Positions 58,976 through 64,000 of a stretch of DNA of 64,000 nucleotides are shown here, piece by piece. Location of the stretch: IMG/VR virus record IMGVR_UViG_3300045988_079296, positions 34,613 to 98,612 of that record; one strand, written 5' to 3'. Numbering within the stretch: the stretch's first letter is position 1; every line of letters begins with the position of its first letter. The translations under genes were made by a program, and so were the position numbers. Below the pieces are notes generated by a model. That model made no database searches. It saw nothing but the letters and a program-made list of their open reading frames with translations, and was not told the DNA's origin. Origin of the DNA: a virus.

Positions 58976-60323
58976 CCCAATCGGTGTTTAACGTTCTTAC
59001 ACGGTCATAGAACCTCGCATAAGCAAAGTTGTTACAAATATGTATTGGGTCGCCATTCTTATAGTCTCGGAGCTTATCTGTATGAATGCGCATGATTTCC
59101 TCTCGCATTTCATCACGGGTTTGGTTAATCGTAATGAATATATCGAAAGGTCTGATTTTACCTTTATCCTCCGACAGTTGAGCACGGGTGATAACGAATT
59201 GGGGGTCATTCTTTTGTTCCTCCGCTATATTACTGGATTGGGTTGCCGTATGAACTACCGCATTAAACTCCATCGCCAAGGTCTTCATTCCCTTCGCAAG
59301 TTTAGCTTGTCGGAAACGTTCATCTTTTGGCATATAAAGAATACCATCGCCAACCTCTAACAACTCCAAGTAGTCTATGATAATAACGTCTATCTTACCA
59401 TAGATTTTCTCCATTTCTTTCAGCTCCCTACGAACGTCAACAAGGCTCTTACCTCCCCATTTCTCTTCGGAGCTTACAATAACATCGGACTTGCGCAACT
59501 TCTTAATGATACGTTGCGTTACTTTCATCTTTTTATCCGATATATTGCCTTGCTTAACGTCTTGATAAAGCGTTCCTGTCCAAGCTGCATCGTAACGATT
59601 CAAACATTGCTCTTTCGTTCCTTCCAACTGGAAGTGGGCTACCCTGAACCCCTGCCTTGCGGCTGATATCCCAAGAGAAGTCAAACATTGACTCTTACCA
59701 GATCCTGAATCTCCTAACCAAAGAACGCATTCACCCGTCTCTGGGCCACCGAACTCTCCGCCCAAACGATAATCAATTTCATCAATTCCCGTAGGTATCT
59801 TGAAACGAAAGTTGTAATCTTCGCTCTTTCTCTTCGCTTGTCGCTCGGAGAAGTCCGCAAAGACGGTTTCAAACTTCGGCTTCATTATGGAGAATTTGGA
59901 AAAGTCCTCGGCATACTTAACGAATGTATCATATGCTTTGTCCTTTTCTCCACGGTTGTATATATCCGCTATCTTATCATTAACTTCAATGAACTTCATA
60001 CGCTTGATGAAGTCCTCAAAGCTCTTCATCAAATCATCCTCGAAGTTATCTTCATCATCAAACTCAACATCGACTATCTCTCCCAACAAATCAAGAACCT
60101 TCTCTGAATCAGCAAACTGTTGTTGAGCTATACCGATTGTTGGCGTTCTTCCCGTCCTATCATAATGCTTAACCGCCCATTGCCATAACTGTTTTTCAGC
60201 TTCTGTTTGTAAGAAGGAGAATTTCAGATACTCACGTATTGTATCAAAAACTCCCCTTCTTTGGAACGCAGCCGCAAATAGCTCGTTGATATAATTACTC
60301 GTCAAAGAATTATTTCTTGCCAT
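58947..60323 (-). CDS. dnaB: DnaB-family replicative helicase
   Basis: Walker A WLGDSGSGKSQ, Walker B VIIIDYLE, RecA-like core with HTATQSS. N-terminal helical domain. Confidence 0.85.
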   Translation of the reverse strand: MARNNSLTSNYINELFAAAFQRRGVFDTIREYLKFSFLQTEAEKQLWQWAVKHYDRTGRTPTIGIAQQQFADSEKVLDLLGEIVDVEFDDEDNFEDDLMKSFEDFIKRMKFIEVNDKIADIYNRGEKDKAYDTFVKYAEDFSKFSIMKPKFETVFADFSERQAKRKSEDYNFRFKIPTGIDEIDYRLGGEFGGPETGECVLWLGDSGSGKSQCLTSLGISAARQGFRVAHFQLEGTKEQCLNRYDAAWTGTLYQDVKQGNISDKKMKVTQRIIKKLRKSDVIVSSEEKWGGKSLVDVRRELKEMEKIYGKIDVIIIDYLELLEVGDGILYMPKDERFRQAKLAKGMKTLAMEFNAVVHTATQSSNIAEEQKNDPQFVITRAQLSEDKGKIRPFDIFITINQTRDEMREEIMRIHTDKLRDYKNGDPIHICNNFAYARFYDRVRTLNTDWDEKEENEED

Positions 60324-60906
60324 AACCTCTCTTTACATATATTTTTGGATATTGTTTTTCAAGCAATTCCTTACATTCTCCTTTAAATTTACATACGGTA
60401 CAAAGAGAACTGCGATGGTGAAATAGCGTTGTGTTAGCTATGCACCAAGCATATCCCCGTTCCGTATTGTGATAAGCCTTTTTGAAGTTTTCTTCGGCAG
60501 GTCTTATCTTCTGAATTAACTCTGCTATCTTAGACGTTCGGTTGACTTTAGGTTTGTAAATTCCCAATTTCTTTATGTGTCCTTGGACAATCCTTCGGTT
60601 TGTGGTTGGGTCAAAAGCTCTATAACGTTTTATAGCAGCTTTACCAAACATCCACCCGAACCGAACTGAACGTGAGTAGTCTTTTTCAGTACCCGTATTG
60701 AACCAACTTTGAAAGCCGTATTCAAGAAAGGTATTGATAAAGTCCGTTCCGATAATATTGGTATCAAACTCGTCTATGAATGCTTGCCAAGCGGCAACAT
60801 CGGCATCGTTGCATTTATAGTTCACCCTTCGCTTGGTAATATTCTCAAGCATATCTATGAACATATCAACCGCCTGACGATATAATTGTCTTTCTTTTCT
60901 TGTCAT
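60310..60906 (-). CDS. hypothetical protein (helicase-associated position)
   Basis: 198 aa between the SF2 helicase and DnaB. C-terminal Cys cluster CTVCKFKGEC. Confidence 0.6.
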   Translation of the reverse strand: MTRKERQLYRQAVDMFIDMLENITKRRVNYKCNDADVAAWQAFIDEFDTNIIGTDFINTFLEYGFQSWFNTGTEKDYSRSVRFGWMFGKAAIKRYRAFDPTTNRRIVQGHIKKLGIYKPKVNRTSKIAELIQKIRPAEENFKKAYHNTERGYAWCIANTTLFHHRSSLCTVCKFKGECKELLEKQYPKIYVKRGYGKK

Positions 60907-62396
60907 TCTTTTCTAAACCATTTCTTCAACCAACGCTCCAAAGTCTCGTAGCAATCATCAACTCCTGAATCAAGTATTCCTACACGTTTCTCCCCGATAG
61001 CGTCAATATAGGTCTGTAACCTTGCTTCTGAATGCTCGGAAAAGTAAGCGTCAAACTCATCGAAGAAGTCTATGATTGCGGAACGGTCTTTGTCCTTCGT
61101 AGCTCCAAGAACACGCCCTTTCTTTTGAACCGTATTGGCATCCTCAAGTCCTCCGTCCACGTTTATCATAACCTCAACGGCTGGAAGTGTTACGCCCTTC
61201 TTGAATATTCCCGAAGCCGACAAAAACCCTCCCTTGCCATCAAGAAATTCATTCTTTGCCGCTTCCCTCTCGTCACCCGAATGGTCACCGCAGATAAAAG
61301 GTATTCCCGTAAGCTCTTCCAACTTGTATCCATGCTCTTTCGATTGGAAAATCAATAAAGTCTTTAGGTTCAACCTTCGTAGTATTTTCAGAACTGCTCG
61401 CAATACTCCGTTCCGATACGCTGAATGGAATATCAAATCTTTTCGATATTGGTCATAATCATCAACCTTCGTATCATACTCCAAATTGTTATGGTTTACC
61501 AAAAGCATGAAAACCTTATAATCTGAAAGAACCTTTCTTTTGCGCAGCTTTTCTTCGGTTATTGTATAAAGAACATCCCCACTCCATTCCTTGAGTTTCA
61601 AGTTTTGAACCAAAGCTCCTGACCGATATGGAGTTGCTGAAAGACAAAGTTGATATTCCAAACCCTTACATTTCTTGTATGTATCTAACTTAGCATCAGA
61701 ACAATTGTCATGTATCTCGTCTATCGTTAAAAACTTCAATTCACGCAAATACTTCAACAAAGCGTTCTTCTTTTTCTTGTCCTTACAACGCTTCGACAAC
61801 GTACTTTGTACCGTTTGTATCATACCTACTGTCACACGTTGTGTCACATCTATCTTGCCTGCTCTTATCTCCCCTACTTCGATACCTCCGTAACGTTCAA
61901 AGAACTCTTTCAAGTCTCCAACCGCTTGATTAAACAAGGTTGTATTGTCTGTAAGGAATAAGAAGTTACCCGTATCAGTAGCCAAGAATATTCGGCAAAT
62001 CTCGGATGCTATGAATGTTTTTCCGCCACGTGTTGGCACAACGATTATCCCGAACCTTTTACGGAAGAACGCTTCAACCGCTCGCTGCTGGTGAATGTAC
62101 TTTCCCGTCATTCGGTCATCAATCTTTACTCCTTCGGGCATAGCATAAACATAGTCCTCAACCTCGTAGCCCAACCCCTTTTTATTGAGATAACGTTCAA
62201 GAGTTGGCAACATGCCTATTCCAAACGTTAATTTCTTTCTATCAAATTTGCGAATAATGCTACTATACGCAAATGGGTCTGGGTTACGAAAAGACAACGC
62301 CTTTGCTACATGTCGAATACCCTCACGTGTTGATAACTTAAAAGAGTATGTACTGTTATTTATCCGATTGATTTTTACAATAGTTTCCATTATCAT
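60903..62396 (-). CDS. SF2 DEAD/DEAH-box helicase (UvsW-like)
   Basis: Motif I VVPTRGGKTF, II LTIDEIHD, III LSATPYR, V GIFKKGVTLPAVEVMINVDG, VI QKKGRVLG. The about 100-aa N-terminal extra domain and overall size resemble T4 UvsW. Confidence 0.8.
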   Translation of the reverse strand: MIMETIVKINRINNSTYSFKLSTREGIRHVAKALSFRNPDPFAYSSIIRKFDRKKLTFGIGMLPTLERYLNKKGLGYEVEDYVYAMPEGVKIDDRMTGKYIHQQRAVEAFFRKRFGIIVVPTRGGKTFIASEICRIFLATDTGNFLFLTDNTTLFNQAVGDLKEFFERYGGIEVGEIRAGKIDVTQRVTVGMIQTVQSTLSKRCKDKKKKNALLKYLRELKFLTIDEIHDNCSDAKLDTYKKCKGLEYQLCLSATPYRSGALVQNLKLKEWSGDVLYTITEEKLRKRKVLSDYKVFMLLVNHNNLEYDTKVDDYDQYRKDLIFHSAYRNGVLRAVLKILRRLNLKTLLIFQSKEHGYKLEELTGIPFICGDHSGDEREAAKNEFLDGKGGFLSASGIFKKGVTLPAVEVMINVDGGLEDANTVQKKGRVLGATKDKDRSAIIDFFDEFDAYFSEHSEARLQTYIDAIGEKRVGILDSGVDDCYETLERWLKKWFRKE

Positions 62397-62691
62397 AGTC
62401 CTTTCTCAATTGCGATACGGTGTAATCGCTATCAAAATGTTTGACTACTTTATATATGCCCGTTGTATCGGTCTTTGCCAAATAACCAACCTTCTCGGAC
62501 ATATTGCGTGCGCAATCAAAGGTCGCTGGTGAAAATAAATCAAAGCCTTTATGATACCTTTCGTTCATTTCGGGAATTGAGCGCAAACCGCATTCAATAT
62601 AAAACAACATTTCTTGCCTTGTAATAATACTTCCAATTTCTTTGGAGTTGACCAAATCTCGGAATATGCTCCAAACCGTTTTCTTTTTCAT
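62356..62691 (-). CDS. hypothetical protein (111 aa)
   Basis: First gene after the 335-bp non-coding region. ATG-initiated. Confidence 0.6.
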   Translation of the reverse strand: MKKKTVWSIFRDLVNSKEIGSIITRQEMLFYIECGLRSIPEMNERYHKGFDLFSPATFDCARNMSEKVGYLAKTDTTGIYKVVKHFDSDYTVSQLRKDYDNGNYCKNQSDK

Positions 62692-62970
62692 CGTCTTTTG
62701 AATTTTACTTGGGGTGAGAAAGCAAAGAAAGTTTGACCCCCGTTCCCCCTTTGTTGAACAATATGTTTACTTGGGTATGAGTACTCAGTTGTCAGAAATT
62801 TACCCCCGTTTGATAAAGGACAGAGCTGAGATTTATTCGTTGCGTTACTGGAAAGGTCGTTCACGCTTATCGTATAACTTTGAAAATCGTAAGAGCCTAA
62901 AATTTGATTGCTCCCGTGCTTTTCTTTAACGTTGAACCTCTCGTATCACTTTCCTACCTTCGGGTGCTTA

Positions 62971-63006
62971 GCAAAAGAGAAAGGGAGCAGAAATGTTCCC
63001 TTTCTC
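62971..63006 (-). terminator. Rho-independent terminator after 63027-63998
   Basis: Arms gagaaaggga (62977-62986) and tccctttctc (62997-63006), 10 bp. Followed by TTTTGC on the minus strand. Confidence 0.75.
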
Positions 63007-63026
63007 GCTTTCGTATAACTCCGCTT

Positions 63027-63998
63027 TTACTTCGTCTTCAAAACTATGTAATTTGCTTCGTCCGTATTATAGTTCACAAAGAACTGACCATTTTGGATTG
63101 TACTGGTAAGGAGTTGTGCCCCGTCCGTTTGTTCTACGATTTCCAGCCCAAGTCCTTCCATAAAGTCGGGAACGTTGATTCCAATCCTGCTTTGCACCGA
63201 TTGGCAATGGGCATAGATTACATATTGCTCACCATCCTTATACCAATACACCTGTCCTACGTTATCGGAAGGGTCAAAGTAACTAACATAGTAGTTAATT
63301 TCTTTGAAGTAAGTATTCGGGAAGTTGTAACCATCATCCGCAAACGGAGCAGTATTAACAGCCGCAATATAGAACTTGTTCGTATTACTTGGACTGAAAC
63401 TTCCTAATCTTTGATGACCATCCGTGCTGGTAGCTATCGGAATATTTTGCCTTCTCTTTTCTTCTATGGTATCTCCACTTACAAGACTCAAGCCAGCCGC
63501 CATGCCGATAAGATAATCATCCGCATTTGGGTCTTGTAAGAACCCTATCTGACGGTCAATCAGTTTATCAACATCTTTTAAGTAAGTATCATTTCTCCAA
63601 TAACCATAACTTGTTGAAGAAGTTGAAGGAGAATTAAAAGGCTTGTCAATTTCAACTCCATCCCTTGCCGCAGCCTTCGGTATCATGAACATAGCCTTGT
63701 AACTACCTTTATCAAAGAAGAATTGTTGTTGACAAGCTCCATAACTTTGACATTCAATCTTTCTTCTGACGTCCACCGTAGTATTTACACAAACGGTTGA
63801 GCCCTTGAAATTATATGACCAAGTAAATCTCGCCAATTCCAAAGCTCCTTCTAAGTTCGGAGTACCAACTACACCTGGGGTTGGGAACCAATTGTTTTGA
63901 GCAACCGTAGATGGGTCATAACCAATTTGGCTCTCCGATACTTGGAAGTCATCACACCAATAGTCTCCTTCAGCCGCAATCATATTGCCGTCAATCAT
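63027..63998 (-). CDS. beta-rich virion-type protein; may extend beyond the window end
   Basis: 323 aa from ATG 63998, and the reading frame could continue upstream out of the window. Followed by a strong terminator, so it is probably the last gene of a late operon. Confidence 0.6.
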   Translation of the reverse strand: MIDGNMIAAEGDYWCDDFQVSESQIGYDPSTVAQNNWFPTPGVVGTPNLEGALELARFTWSYNFKGSTVCVNTTVDVRRKIECQSYGACQQQFFFDKGSYKAMFMIPKAAARDGVEIDKPFNSPSTSSTSYGYWRNDTYLKDVDKLIDRQIGFLQDPNADDYLIGMAAGLSLVSGDTIEEKRRQNIPIATSTDGHQRLGSFSPSNTNKFYIAAVNTAPFADDGYNFPNTYFKEINYYVSYFDPSDNVGQVYWYKDGEQYVIYAHCQSVQSRIGINVPDFMEGLGLEIVEQTDGAQLLTSTIQNGQFFVNYNTDEANYIVLKTK

Positions 63999-64000
63999 AT

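Noticed and set aside
62714-63407. Plus-strand ORFs 62714-62929 and 62904-63407 in and next to the 335-bp intergenic region
   Set aside because: The first starts at GTG inside non-coding DNA that carries a minus-strand terminator. The second is antisense to the well-supported gene 63027-63998. Neither has a protein-like composition.
1-64000. Stop-codon reassignment (TAG or TGA recoding, as in some Bacteroidota-infecting phages)
   Set aside because: Large genes (dnaE, terL, portal, helicases) are uninterrupted under the standard code. TAA, TAG and TGA all terminate genes at tight ATGA/TAATG junctions. The interrupted genes are explained by frame changes, not in-frame stops, apart from the single TGA before the ECF sigma gene.
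1-64000. Prophage, mobile element or diversity-generating retroelement
   Set aside because: I recognised no integrase, recombinase, transposase, reverse transcriptase, att-like long repeats or flanking bacterial housekeeping genes. The window looks like the interior of a virulent-type phage genome.

Overview
This is an AT-rich, gene-dense 64-kb segment of a large tailed dsDNA phage. All roughly 100 credible genes are on the minus strand, and the plus-strand ORFs in the track look like antisense shadows. I found no tRNA, rRNA, CRISPR array, integrase or transposase. Five near-identical TTTG-N19-TAnnTTTG promoters point to a Bacteroidota host. Recognisable content includes morphogenesis genes: portal, Mu-F-like head protein, large terminase and a possible lysis cassette. 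There is a T4-like recombination set (Rad50/Mre11-like, RecA/UvsX-like, gp32-like SSB, RuvC-like resolvase, SF2 helicase). It sits alongside a bacterial-type replicase (DnaE alpha subunit, separate DnaQ-like exonuclease, DnaB, DnaG-type primase, FEN). Also present are two UvrD-like helicases, an HU protein, dUTPase and three sigma-like factors. The strongest lead is a scattered gene set that suggests thymidine hypermodification of the phage DNA. It comprises an aGPT-Pplase-like gene, a divergent ThyA-fold enzyme, HD and DUF1599 genes, a P-loop kinase-like gene, and a radical SAM/SPASM plus PIG-L pair. Other leads: near-total avoidance of GATC (2 sites) and CCGG (0 sites); a conserved TTGTAAAT-type leader motif in front of many start codons; two (GA)9 microsatellites at gene junctions; two long intergenic regions with G5 boxes. 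Several genes are restored by removing one base from a short homopolymer, which could be assembly indels or recoding. All family assignments rest on motifs read by eye and recalled signatures; none has been checked by a database search.
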